Shown here one piece after another: positions 54,833 to 64,000 of a DNA stretch of 64,000 nt; positions within the stretch are counted from its first letter, which is position 1; each line of letters starts with the position of its first letter. Source of the stretch: a virus. Where the stretch lies: the IMG/VR virus record IMGVR_UViG_3300037427_004270. One strand, 5' to 3'. The position numbers and the translations under genes were made by a program. The notes under the pieces are model-generated. The model saw nothing but the letters and a program-made list of their open reading frames with translations, had not been told where the DNA came from and searched no databases.

Positions 54833-57529
54833 TTACGTGTTCCCTATAAACGATTTTGTAAAACTAAAATTAAAATCTATCTTTTTGCCCGAAGATTTTG
54901 ACGTTAGTCTAAGTTTAAATTTCTTGCCCCAAAGAGACTCTATTCCGGTATCTAGTCCTGGCTCGTATGATGTCTTTGTTGCATCATATGCGCTGTTAAG
55001 AGTCAAAGACTCGTCTTTCTTCTTCAATGGAAGAAACTTTGTCTCTGGTGTTATTCTCAAGAATCTCTTCATGTTTCTCTTTGTTTCTCTGGTTTCCTTT
55101 ATCTCATTTGGAAATTCATAAACTCTGATATTTGGGAACACATTGAAAGACTTTACAATCTCCACTTCGTAAACTGCGGATGGGTTTGATATGTTCCCAT
55201 GGTTATCCATGCAGCGGAATGTATAATAATATTTTGTGTTTGGAGCGATCCCATCTTTATATGAGGTTCCCGTAGTTCTGGTTATTCTACTACCTGCAAA
55301 ATCTTTGTAACTCTTTGGCGGCGTAGAGGTTCGATATACTTCAAAGAGTACTGATCTACCATCATACTCATATTCTAATAAATTTTTAAATTTTTCTTCA
55401 TCACTTTTTATTCGGAAGTCTTCTGCGCTGATAGTCGGGTCTGGAATTCTTCTTCCATATATGCCTGATATTTTCAATATCCTGTCTCTCTCTGTCTCGT
55501 CAAAAAAGGTAGGCTCCATGAGTGCCTTGCCTGATGAGTCGTTCATCAAAAACAAAACATCATTCTCATTACCCATGTACGGAGCAATAGTGACGTCAGG
55601 TGGCATTGGCGGCTTGCTTACAATGTATATTCCATCTTGTCTAAATACTTCTGTTTCCAGAACCAAAGAGTGCGTACCCGTTGACGGTAAAAGTATTTCA
55701 TATGCGAATACTTTATAGTTGTATGTCTTTGCAATATTTACTTGAGTATCTACAAAGCTTATTGGAGCGCCCTCGGAGTCGTTTAAGAAAAAGAAGTTTT
55801 GAATTGGCTCATCACTTCCTTCTTCGTATTTCGACACCTTGAACACAATTGTTTCTTTGTGTTGTTCTCTCGTTCTCGTGATCGTTGACAGATCTGCCAA
55901 ATATGATCCTTCTCTATAGCTAGACACTTCAGAAGAGCTCATTTTCGATAATTTCTCACTAAGTGCTTTTTGTTCTTTAAAGTACTGTATCTCTTGTTCC
56001 ACAAGACTCTCGTCTAGGCCGGCCCTCGTTTCTAAGAACTCTTCAAGTGTCAGGCTCAAAACTTCGCTTGGCATCTCTGCACGAGAAACGCCTTCCGACC
56101 AAAAGCTGATGGAGTTCTTATTGTTGTATGTATTTTTGCCCAGAAAAGACGCAGGAGCCAGTGGTACGCCCCAAAGACGGACTGGGCTTCCTTCTTGGTC
56201 CTGTCCTACGATTTCTCCTTCTTCGCTTGTTCTTTCTGCAAGGTAAGTGAGGAAACGAGTTTCCATTTCATTTTTCAGCAAAACGCTTGCAAGAGTTTTT
56301 TCAACTTTTCTTTTTGTGTTTTTTGCTCTAAAAGAAGACAGCTCGATATTAACATAAACAGGGAAGTGTTTTTTCAAAAAGTTTTTGTCGCTTTGTGCTT
56401 TTATAAAACTTTGGTGGAAAAAATAATTCTTATTTGCCTGGGCTATGTCTCCCAACATATCGTCTCCATATTGTAGTGAAGAGAAGAGGTCTTGGTAATA
56501 TATCGAAACAGAACCTCCGGCCAATTGACTTTTCTCTGCTCTAGAACTCAGGTTTCCAAAGTATGTTCTTGGCGCTCTTGGTAAGATGTTATCATAAGAA
56601 AGGCAAGCGGTGGATACAGCATTGAGTGATGTAGACTTTGGCCCCAGGTTAATAAAATTACTGAAAGATGGCAGGGATGCCTCCATGGGCTCTTTCGCTA
56701 AAACATAGTCTTCGAATTCATACGAAGCATAATTGTAAGCGACGTCGAACTCCGCATATCCGCTACTTAACGTATTTCCATATGCCTCTATGTCGTTGTT
56801 GTCTACATATTTCCTCACCTCGTACTCTTCTATTTCAGCGGTGCCGTCTTCGTCAGCGGAAGGTGCAGTTTTTTTAGCGTCTTCTGCTGACTTTTGCTTC
56901 GCATTCTCTTCTGACGGTGAGGTACCTTGACCACCTTGTGTTATTGAGGTGTGATAAGTTTTGCTATAACAATCCAGAAGCGAGGCTCTCTCAGCGTCTG
57001 TCAATTGTTCATCGTTGACAATTCTTGTTATCTCAACGACTCTTTGTATTTCTGGGCTGTTTTGAGCAATCTCTTCTGCCTCTTCTATATCCACATCTCC
57101 CGTATTTGCGTCGAGATATTCATCCATAGTTGCGCCTGCACCATCGGTACCAAGACCTGCTATTCCCCCGAGGTTGCCGCCAGCATAGCTTCCTTCTTCA
57201 GGCTCGTCATCTTCTCCTGTTACAATTTCTGCAATGGCTGCCATAGTAGAGTTTTCAGTAGTCTGCGTTACAAAAATAACAACAGTCTCTTCTTCTTCGG
57301 CTTCCTTTGCCTTCTGTGCTGCTTCGTCTGCTTTTCTCTGGGCCTCTGCTTCCTGTCTTTGCCTCTCAGCTTCTAAAAGAGCGGCCTGGGCTGCAGCTGC
57401 GCCGGTGTCTGCTGTCCCTGTCACGTTGCCGCCCCTACTTCTTCCGCCGCGACTGTTGCTGCTGCTTGAAGAACTGCTGTTGCCAGAAGAGTTGTTGTTT
57501 CCGTTGTTATATACTAACGTAAGTGGCAT
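54833..57529 (-). CDS. Large hypothetical protein (898 aa); low-complexity N-terminus, FN3-like C-terminal strands
   Basis: N/S tract, RGG, A/E/Q/K helix, acidic linker; FEVYR...YKD.IAPNTKYYY.FR..D..GN.S and FVD.QV..KTY.YKV are FN3-like. Confidence 0.7.
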   Translation of the reverse strand: MPLTLVYNNGNNNSSGNSSSSSSSNSRGGRSRGGNVTGTADTGAAAAQAALLEAERQRQEAEAQRKADEAAQKAKEAEEEETVVIFVTQTTENSTMAAIAEIVTGEDDEPEEGSYAGGNLGGIAGLGTDGAGATMDEYLDANTGDVDIEEAEEIAQNSPEIQRVVEITRIVNDEQLTDAERASLLDCYSKTYHTSITQGGQGTSPSEENAKQKSAEDAKKTAPSADEDGTAEIEEYEVRKYVDNNDIEAYGNTLSSGYAEFDVAYNYASYEFEDYVLAKEPMEASLPSFSNFINLGPKSTSLNAVSTACLSYDNILPRAPRTYFGNLSSRAEKSQLAGGSVSIYYQDLFSSLQYGDDMLGDIAQANKNYFFHQSFIKAQSDKNFLKKHFPVYVNIELSSFRAKNTKRKVEKTLASVLLKNEMETRFLTYLAERTSEEGEIVGQDQEGSPVRLWGVPLAPASFLGKNTYNNKNSISFWSEGVSRAEMPSEVLSLTLEEFLETRAGLDESLVEQEIQYFKEQKALSEKLSKMSSSEVSSYREGSYLADLSTITRTREQHKETIVFKVSKYEEGSDEPIQNFFFLNDSEGAPISFVDTQVNIAKTYNYKVFAYEILLPSTGTHSLVLETEVFRQDGIYIVSKPPMPPDVTIAPYMGNENDVLFLMNDSSGKALMEPTFFDETERDRILKISGIYGRRIPDPTISAEDFRIKSDEEKFKNLLEYEYDGRSVLFEVYRTSTPPKSYKDFAGSRITRTTGTSYKDGIAPNTKYYYTFRCMDNHGNISNPSAVYEVEIVKSFNVFPNIRVYEFPNEIKETRETKRNMKRFLRITPETKFLPLKKKDESLTLNSAYDATKTSYEPGLDTGIESLWGKKFKLRLTSKSSGKKIDFNFSFTKSFIGNT

Positions 57530-60500
57530 CAGGAATTACCTCCGTAAGTAATAGCTCTGCGTCTCATTGCACCGAACATGCCGCCGCTGCGACCCTGGTT
57601 TGTTTGTGCTCCCTCTCTCGCAACTCTCGATATTTGCTTAAAGGTGTTTTCAATATAGTCGAGAACGAAATACTCTTCAGTAGGCACTGCATCGAGGCCT
57701 TCACGAGCATCATAACCAAGAAGACTGTTCTCATATGGTGTTATTCTGCACAGCAATTTCCCATTTGGGGTGCCGGCCAAGTTTTCATAACTTAAATCCT
57801 TGAAAACTGGGGCTTGGTATTCGTGTGTACCTTCGTCATTCTTTTGAAAGCCTGACAGGAACTGAACTCTCTGTATCTGCTTCATAAACAACTCATAGAA
57901 AAATCTAGCATCATATACTTCGTCAACGCTGCTCTCAAAGTTGTCTGCCATTCTCCGGACGTATGAGTTGCTATCTAGGTCAAATTGTGTACTTGTCTTT
58001 GTCAAATAAAGTAAGACACACTTTATATGAGTTGGAAAAGAGTTGAACTCTTCCTCTGTGAAGGTTCTCTCCTCTCCTTTGAAATTTCTTAATTTTAGCT
58101 TATTTGAGTCAGGAAGAACTCCTGCCTCTACTATGGGGTTCTTTAGGTTAAGGTCTGACATCTCTCCGTCAACCAAACCGTTAAGAAAATTGTTCATTGT
58201 TTCTCTTGATATTTCTGCCCCTTGGGAGTTAGCTGGTCCGTCTTCTAAGCTTGCCGCTAGTTTTGCTTGGTTTTCGCCAATAGGGAGCGTTACCCTGTGT
58301 TCGACGTCCAAATTACTTAGTGACATTAGTGATGCGCCATACTTTTTCATAAAGTCATCCAACACAGTCCGTTCATCGACTGATGAATCTTCCATATACA
58401 TTTGTGCTCTTTCTTCTGAGATTCTCTCGTCATTGTCTTCATCAGGCTGCTCTAAGAACTCATCAATAATATACTTTTTGTCACCCACACACATCTGAGT
58501 CGGCGTCAAAAAAGTCGGCGTGGTGTCGTTTTCTTCTAGAGTGATGCCAGTCAGTATCTCTTTGCCTCCTGAAGTTATCACGCTCGGAAGAAGATTTCTT
58601 TTTTGGCCAAATAGACTTTTTAATTCTGAATTTATAATTTTGCTAGAATATAAGTATGAGGACAACTCAAGAAGACATTGGGACTGTGGGTCGTAATAAG
58701 TTCCTGGAAAATATTGTGCTCTCAACTTCTTTGCACTGTCTCTGTTTATGTGTTCCGAAAATGTATATTCAAACTTTGTTGTCTTTTCATAATCACCAGT
58801 ACCAGAGCTTGGGCTCGTTTTACCCACTTGTCCTCCCGATTTTCCTCCTACCATATTACGACCGAACAATGCCAGCTTTTCCTCATAAAAACCTGCGGCT
58901 TGTTCTGCCAAAAACTTGACAATATTTAGACCATGAGGGGTTCCAGAGGATGGGTGACACACTCTCAATAGAGGAAGTATATAATCACCCAAATCGATAT
59001 CGAGGACAGAACTGTTTTCCTGTATGACCCTTACTATTTCTGTGGGCATTGTTTGCCAAGGTGGTAATTCTGTAGAACTAGCCCACCATGCTTCTGCTAC
59101 GTTCAAGAGTCCAGCGACGAAGAGGCCGGTGGCTGGGTCTATCGTCTGACCTTGAGTCTCTACAAAAGAGATATATTTGTCAAAGTCTCCTATCTTGCTC
59201 CTGACTTCTTCCAGTTTTCTTGCGAAATATTCTGCTGAGTCGTCTTTTATGCTGACTTCTACACGATAAGAATATGCTCCTGCTTTCTGAAATGATACTT
59301 GCTTGTCGCAAAAACAATACGCCTTGTGTGTCGTTGTACTTGTTGAGATATTTCTGCTGTGTGCAGAGATTGATTCAGCGTCTGCCACTTCTACTTCCAT
59401 GACGTTTTCCGGCTTAACAGAATCGTCAAACTTTCGAAAAACAACATTGCTTGAAAAGTCATTACTTAATTCTACTGGAGTTATTCTTTGTCTAGTTATT
59501 TTAATAGAAGATACTTTTGCGGTGTTTACCACTCCCGTTCTTGGCTGTTCTCCTTTGTATTGTTCTATAAATTTGCTTTCGTCAAAAAAGAACATTCCCC
59601 GAACTTCGCCGTCATGCTCCTCCGAAATAAAAAGAGGTGAAAAGTAGGAAGCAAAGCTCCTCTCTTTTTGATATAGACTATCGGCATGGACTGTCTTTGC
59701 TTTTGACGTTTTATTGAAGACTCTGGAGTTTTTAAGTGTTCTAAGTATTTTATCCACAACCAACTCATCAGTAACTATAGTATCCATAATTGGTGGTGCT
59801 GTGGGTGTTGAGCGTGAATAATTAGTTATCTTGCCATTCCTAATAAAATATTTGCTTCTCTGAGTTCCCACAAAACTTTGAATGTTTTGTTGATCTGTCA
59901 TAGAGAAATACACGTCCTTGTCAAAGCCTGTCGTCAGTACAACATATGCTGACATTTCTTCATTTCGTTCCATCAAGTCAAGCATGTTTATTGCGCCTAG
60001 AGACATGCTCTTTACAAGCTCAAAAGGATTGAACGTCACCTTGTAATAAACACTACACTTGGTTTTTGACTGTTTGTTCATCACCTCTTCTGAGATTGCG
60101 TTATAGCTTTTTATTGATGAGTCTAGGTACACTCTCCTTACAATATCTTCTGTCCCTTGGTTAGTTTTCAAACAAAGTTTGACATCAACAAATGCACTTT
60201 TCTTATATATGCTGTCCCCCAACCACCCAAAGGAAGGAGATAGAACACCTTGGCCATCTTTTATAATTGCGTATGTGTCTTCGACAAAATAACAAATTTC
60301 AATGTCTGTATTCCTAACATTAATGTTTTTAATAGTGGGAGATGGTAAAACAATAGATGGGGCTGGTTCTATTCGTGCTGCTTCTGCTGCTTTAGTTGCG
60401 GCATCGGCATCGGCCTGTGCTGCTGCTGCTGCGGCTGCCTGTTGAGCTGCAGCATCGGCGGCTTTTTGAGCTGCTGCTGCGGCTGCCTGTTGAGCTGCAG

Positions 60501-60711
60501 CATCGGCGGCTTTTTGAGCTGCTGCTGCAGCGGCTTTTTGGGCTGCAGCGTCGGCGGCTTTTTGAGCTGCTGCTGCTGCGGCGGCTTTTTGAGCTGCTGC
60601 TGCTGCGGCTTGTTGGGCTGCAGTCCCAGACTGTATCATTGTCGTGCTCGCGGTCTGTGTGCCCCCAGTGGCGCGTCCGGTTACTCGTCCTCTATAGTTT
60701 CTCGTAGCCAT
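57529..60711 (-). CDS. Large hypothetical protein (1060 aa) with an N-terminal Ala-rich repeat
   Basis: Long ORF coupled to both neighbours by stop/start overlaps. Confidence 0.75.
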   Translation of the reverse strand: MATRNYRGRVTGRATGGTQTASTTMIQSGTAAQQAAAAAAQKAAAAAAAQKAADAAAQKAAAAAAQKAADAAAQQAAAAAAQKAADAAAQQAAAAAAAQADADAATKAAEAARIEPAPSIVLPSPTIKNINVRNTDIEICYFVEDTYAIIKDGQGVLSPSFGWLGDSIYKKSAFVDVKLCLKTNQGTEDIVRRVYLDSSIKSYNAISEEVMNKQSKTKCSVYYKVTFNPFELVKSMSLGAINMLDLMERNEEMSAYVVLTTGFDKDVYFSMTDQQNIQSFVGTQRSKYFIRNGKITNYSRSTPTAPPIMDTIVTDELVVDKILRTLKNSRVFNKTSKAKTVHADSLYQKERSFASYFSPLFISEEHDGEVRGMFFFDESKFIEQYKGEQPRTGVVNTAKVSSIKITRQRITPVELSNDFSSNVVFRKFDDSVKPENVMEVEVADAESISAHSRNISTSTTTHKAYCFCDKQVSFQKAGAYSYRVEVSIKDDSAEYFARKLEEVRSKIGDFDKYISFVETQGQTIDPATGLFVAGLLNVAEAWWASSTELPPWQTMPTEIVRVIQENSSVLDIDLGDYILPLLRVCHPSSGTPHGLNIVKFLAEQAAGFYEEKLALFGRNMVGGKSGGQVGKTSPSSGTGDYEKTTKFEYTFSEHINRDSAKKLRAQYFPGTYYDPQSQCLLELSSYLYSSKIINSELKSLFGQKRNLLPSVITSGGKEILTGITLEENDTTPTFLTPTQMCVGDKKYIIDEFLEQPDEDNDERISEERAQMYMEDSSVDERTVLDDFMKKYGASLMSLSNLDVEHRVTLPIGENQAKLAASLEDGPANSQGAEISRETMNNFLNGLVDGEMSDLNLKNPIVEAGVLPDSNKLKLRNFKGEERTFTEEEFNSFPTHIKCVLLYLTKTSTQFDLDSNSYVRRMADNFESSVDEVYDARFFYELFMKQIQRVQFLSGFQKNDEGTHEYQAPVFKDLSYENLAGTPNGKLLCRITPYENSLLGYDAREGLDAVPTEEYFVLDYIENTFKQISRVAREGAQTNQGRSGGMFGAMRRRAITYGGNS
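60373..60624. repeat. Imperfect tandem repeat encoding (AAAAAAQKAADAAAQ)n
   Basis: Recurrent GCGGCTTTTTGAGCTGC and GCGGCTGCCTGTTGAGCTGCAGCATCG blocks. Confidence 0.85.
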
Positions 60712-61850
60712 TATTCTGTATCTCCTTCATCACATGGCTCGCCAGTGGGGTTAGAGACTTCGTAAATATCTTCCTGTGAAACGTCACTTTCTTCGGAACC
60801 AGCTTTGGCAGTCGCTTCAATATTCCTCAAAGGTATCTGAGCTATTTCGTCCATGGTCAGAGTGGCAAATTTGCTTGTCTCGTAGTCTCTACTTGCCTCT
60901 GATGTGTTATCTTCAATCAGGATATTGCTGTTTCTTCCTCTCAAGTTTCCTTTACCGCCAAGCCTTGAACCTGCAAACGAACTCTTAACAACATCTCTTG
61001 GTATCTGGCTATCTGTCTCTATGTTCAAAAAGTATGATGCATATGAGGGGTCTGTTCTCATATCATTTATTATATCCCGACCATCACCGAGTAAAATGTC
61101 GTCAACAATGCCTTCGCTTTTTTTCTCAAAAAACAATGGCCTGAGCTCTTCTCTATAGTGTTTGTCTGAGGATGTTCCTTGGATATTATTATCTTCCACT
61201 TCTTCTATCTCGAAAAGCTCAATGTCAAAATTATCAAAAGACTCTGGAGAGTTTGCCTCTCCGATGTTTATCACCAGCTCACCAGATGACATATCAAGAG
61301 TGAGTGCGGTACCGTCTGGAAATATCTTTCCGTAAAGGTTGGCCATGCGGTCTGGCACTTCGACTGGCTTAACGGAACAAGTTAAATCTTGAAGGTTTAT
61401 TTGTGGTATGTTTTCTGATTCGATTGTTTCTTTTGTGCCAGATGATACTTTCCACACCACTTGGCTGCTTTGTGCGTTTGAGGATATGCTTCCCCTGGCA
61501 ACGTACACGTCCCACGAAGGCTGATAGTCTGTCAGTGGGTCTGAGTTTCCTATTCTGTTAGTTAGCAATCCTCTTTTCTCGTCTGAAACCTGTCTTGCTG
61601 TTGTTCTAAGTTTTACTTTTCTATCCGAGCCTACCCTAGAGGATAGTGGCTTTATCCTTGTGCTTCTCTTTATTCTAGTGTTTGCGGAAGAGGGATTTTC
61701 GGAGAAGCCGGCATGGTTCGTATCATATAATATATCATCATCAAAAAATGCATAATGAGCTGCCTTCAGCTTTCCAGAAGAATATAGGTGCCTGCCGAAC
61801 TTAGTTAAAGTTAGCTCAATAACTTGCTCTTTTCTGTCGAAAAATGTCAT
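60711..61850 (-). CDS. Hypothetical structural protein (379 aa)
   Basis: N-terminal LTLTKFGRHLYSSG...YAFFDDDILYD parallels the N-terminus of 53860-54783. Confidence 0.7.
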   Translation of the reverse strand: MTFFDRKEQVIELTLTKFGRHLYSSGKLKAAHYAFFDDDILYDTNHAGFSENPSSANTRIKRSTRIKPLSSRVGSDRKVKLRTTARQVSDEKRGLLTNRIGNSDPLTDYQPSWDVYVARGSISSNAQSSQVVWKVSSGTKETIESENIPQINLQDLTCSVKPVEVPDRMANLYGKIFPDGTALTLDMSSGELVINIGEANSPESFDNFDIELFEIEEVEDNNIQGTSSDKHYREELRPLFFEKKSEGIVDDILLGDGRDIINDMRTDPSYASYFLNIETDSQIPRDVVKSSFAGSRLGGKGNLRGRNSNILIEDNTSEASRDYETSKFATLTMDEIAQIPLRNIEATAKAGSEESDVSQEDIYEVSNPTGEPCDEGDTE

Positions 61851-64000
61851 TTACGTTTTCCTCTAACCGACCACGAGAACCTGTGCCCTAATATATTTAC
61901 CATCTGCTTTAGGTTTTTAGCCTGTCGTTTTGTCATCCTCTGCCTAAAGGGACTGATAGAAGACAATACTCTTGCCGACTTTCTCCCTAAGCCTGTGATC
62001 TTACCTCTCTTCGAGTTTGTTAATTTTGTATTTCTTCTTGCTCTTCTTTTGCGCTTTCTCTTCATAGCTCGCCTGCTGGCTCTTTTTTTCTTCCCTGCTG
62101 CCCTTATTCTGCGTATACGCGCAATTCTCGCCATGATTCTGCGTCGTCGTCTTTTGGCATATGCTGCTTCACTGTCTAGTGGCAATCTGCTAAGAAGGTC
62201 ATTTAGTCTTTTTAATTCTGCATCGTTTAATTCTGGTGGTTCTCCCAGTGTATCATCTATGTCTTCGCTTGTAAAGGTAGTTGTGCCTAAAAGAGTGTTT
62301 AGTGCTCTCGTCCTATCTTCGCTAGTAATCGTAGGCGTTCTGCCGTCAACAGAAACCTTTGACGACATATTGATTGTTGCGTCCACCTTGGCAGTCTCCA
62401 GTAAAGAAAAATAATCATATGGCCAGTTGTAGGATCTGTTTTCGTTAATTCTTAACTTCGCGTCGCCAGCGAATGAAACTAAAAAGTTGTTATCATCTCT
62501 GGAGTCTGCTGTCGTTCTAAAGTAATTCTTCTTTGCTTTTTTCTTTACTTTAAAAATAGCGAACTTCAGGCCTTCCGGCGGGCGTCCACCAAAGACTCCG
62601 AAAAAGTCCTTAATAGAAACTTTGAGTCTATCTTCAAAAAGTTCCCCATCCATGTTCCTTGCTATCTTCGGAGACAAGCCTTGCCAGATGTCTGAAAGGT
62701 CTTCCCTATCAAATGTGTGATCCACCTTAACAAAGAACATTGCAAATTTTTGTCTTATCTTGTTACCATAGCTCAAGAAGTCTAGTCTTGGCGGTAGATG
62801 ATACTTCTTCATATCCGCTATCATATCGGGAATCCTGTATATTCCGTCGTCACTTTCTCCGAACTTCATACTTCTTTTGATGCTGTTCGTCGTGAGCTTA
62901 ATAGGGGAGAATTTTTCTCTATCAAGAAAAGACTTTCCTGTTGTGTAATTTCTTCTTTCAATATATGGCAAAATCAATAATGCTTCCTCAACGGTCTTGG
63001 ACTCTGCCAGTTTACTTACTCTCTTTGTCTCCGGCTCAAAACCAACAACATCGACAAGAGAGCCTGTGGTTGCCCCATATGCCCCTTGAGAAAAACTGTC
63101 TCGAACAGTGAGAGACGGCAGCACCTCTTCTGAGTATGTTCCGTAGTTTGTCCACTGTGTTTTTGGCTTCTCATATGACAGAGAAGTCATGTTGAAAGAA
63201 GATTCTACGGCTGTGTTGTGAGAGGTATATTTTGATGAGTATGCCGAGTCGTTGTCTCTACTGTCTAATACCGGACTTTCATACTTAGTTGATATAACCC
63301 ACCTTGCATTGTCTTGATTTCCCTTTTCTAAATCGAATGAGGTGATGTTCCCCTCACTATCAAACTTTGTGCTACCTGGGTCTACTGTCACTCCGAAAAG
63401 ATCTAGGGAAGAGCTCAGAGTCATCTTCGATTTCTCCTGGGTGGTTGTTAGGTTTTTGTATCTTCTCTTTCTTCCCGAATGAGTAGCAACCCTGTCTTTG
63501 CTTATCGTTAAGATATTCTCAACAGTTGCGCTCTCAAAAATCTCTCGTATTGTCGGCCTTACTGAAGTTGTGGGCTTATATTTAATACGAGCAATTGCCT
63601 CTCCGTAAAAGTGAGGAGGAGTATAAGCAACATAACCTGGGTCCATGACCCTATCAACACCTAGACCAAAAAGTTTTCCATGCTGCTTGTTGACAAAAGC
63701 TCCCTGGTGGGAGGCTGAACCTGAGATTGTCTTGTTTGCAAAAGTCACTGCGTTTTGGTTCCCAAGGTTTCCAACAGAAGTTGATTGAGCCAAGGCACCG
63801 GTGAACATCATAATACAGTTCGAAGTGTTGCTCGTAATCATTGTGGTTGAAGCATCCCCAGCTCCAGAGGGGGCTGACATGTAGTAACTTTCACCTGCGG
63901 TCACTGTGCCAAAGGTGTTATCGACCCCCGAACCGTGACCAGTGAAGATAAAGAGATTGTGATCTGAGTTATTAGGGTTTCCTCCGTACAAAAGCTTCAC
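61847..64000 (-). CDS. C-terminal part of a large hypothetical protein (5' truncated) with an Arg/Lys-rich tail
   Basis: Open to the window edge; YTPPHFYGEAIAR, YNWPYDYFSLLE motifs; tail KRRRRRIMARIARIRRIRAAGKKKRASRRAMKRKRKRRARR. Confidence 0.75.
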   Translation of the reverse strand: MKLLYGGNPNNSDHNLFIFTGHGSGVDNTFGTVTAGESYYMSAPSGAGDASTTMITSNTSNCIMMFTGALAQSTSVGNLGNQNAVTFANKTISGSASHQGAFVNKQHGKLFGLGVDRVMDPGYVAYTPPHFYGEAIARIKYKPTTSVRPTIREIFESATVENILTISKDRVATHSGRKRRYKNLTTTQEKSKMTLSSSLDLFGVTVDPGSTKFDSEGNITSFDLEKGNQDNARWVISTKYESPVLDSRDNDSAYSSKYTSHNTAVESSFNMTSLSYEKPKTQWTNYGTYSEEVLPSLTVRDSFSQGAYGATTGSLVDVVGFEPETKRVSKLAESKTVEEALLILPYIERRNYTTGKSFLDREKFSPIKLTTNSIKRSMKFGESDDGIYRIPDMIADMKKYHLPPRLDFLSYGNKIRQKFAMFFVKVDHTFDREDLSDIWQGLSPKIARNMDGELFEDRLKVSIKDFFGVFGGRPPEGLKFAIFKVKKKAKKNYFRTTADSRDDNNFLVSFAGDAKLRINENRSYNWPYDYFSLLETAKVDATINMSSKVSVDGRTPTITSEDRTRALNTLLGTTTFTSEDIDDTLGEPPELNDAELKRLNDLLSRLPLDSEAAYAKRRRRRIMARIARIRRIRAAGKKKRASRRAMKRKRKRRARRNTKLTNSKRGKITGLGRKSARVLSSISPFRQRMTKRQAKNLKQMVNILGHRFSWSVRGKRK

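Noticed and set aside
1339-62980. Numerous plus-strand ORFs and short alternative-frame minus-strand ORFs in the track
   Set aside because: They lie inside or antisense to long, motif-bearing minus-strand genes, show shadow-frame composition and lack RBSs or recognisable motifs.
1-64000. tRNA, rRNA, integrase or transposase
   Set aside because: Intergenic space is small and was inspected; no cloverleaf, rRNA-like segment or mobile-element motif was recognised.

Overview
A 64-kb slice of a large (jumbo-type) myovirus genome with a T4-like morphogenesis gene set. Every credible gene lies on the minus strand and is read right to left. The order is: three large low-complexity structural proteins; three tail-collar/baseplate-like proteins; RuvC, a PhyH-type oxygenase, primase and a single-chain Mre11-Rad50 (gp47-gp46) fusion; a holin/spanin-like trio; an Hc1-like histone protein; terminase, portal and prohead protease; ribosomal protein bS21; an 18-kb accessory fibre/decoration block (MAM-domain fibre, four paralogous beta-sandwich proteins, 145-aa, 370-aa and 2965-aa proteins sharing terminal modules); scaffold, major capsid, neck, a 2280-aa neck-fibre fusion, tail terminator, sheath, tube, tail chaperone and the start of a probable tape measure gene. 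Notable signals: (i) the 145-aa and 2965-aa genes look like minimal and giant versions of one gene and share a covarying hairpin that abuts the SD; (ii) a shared C-terminal module occurs in four genes; (iii) a likely +1/-2 frameshift at a T7 run in the tail chaperone; (iv) a 20-codon ORF plus hairpin in front of the protease RBS; (v) a recurring CTANTTA upstream motif. No tRNA, CRISPR array, integrase or reverse transcriptase was recognised. Family calls come from motif recognition by eye; no database search was run.
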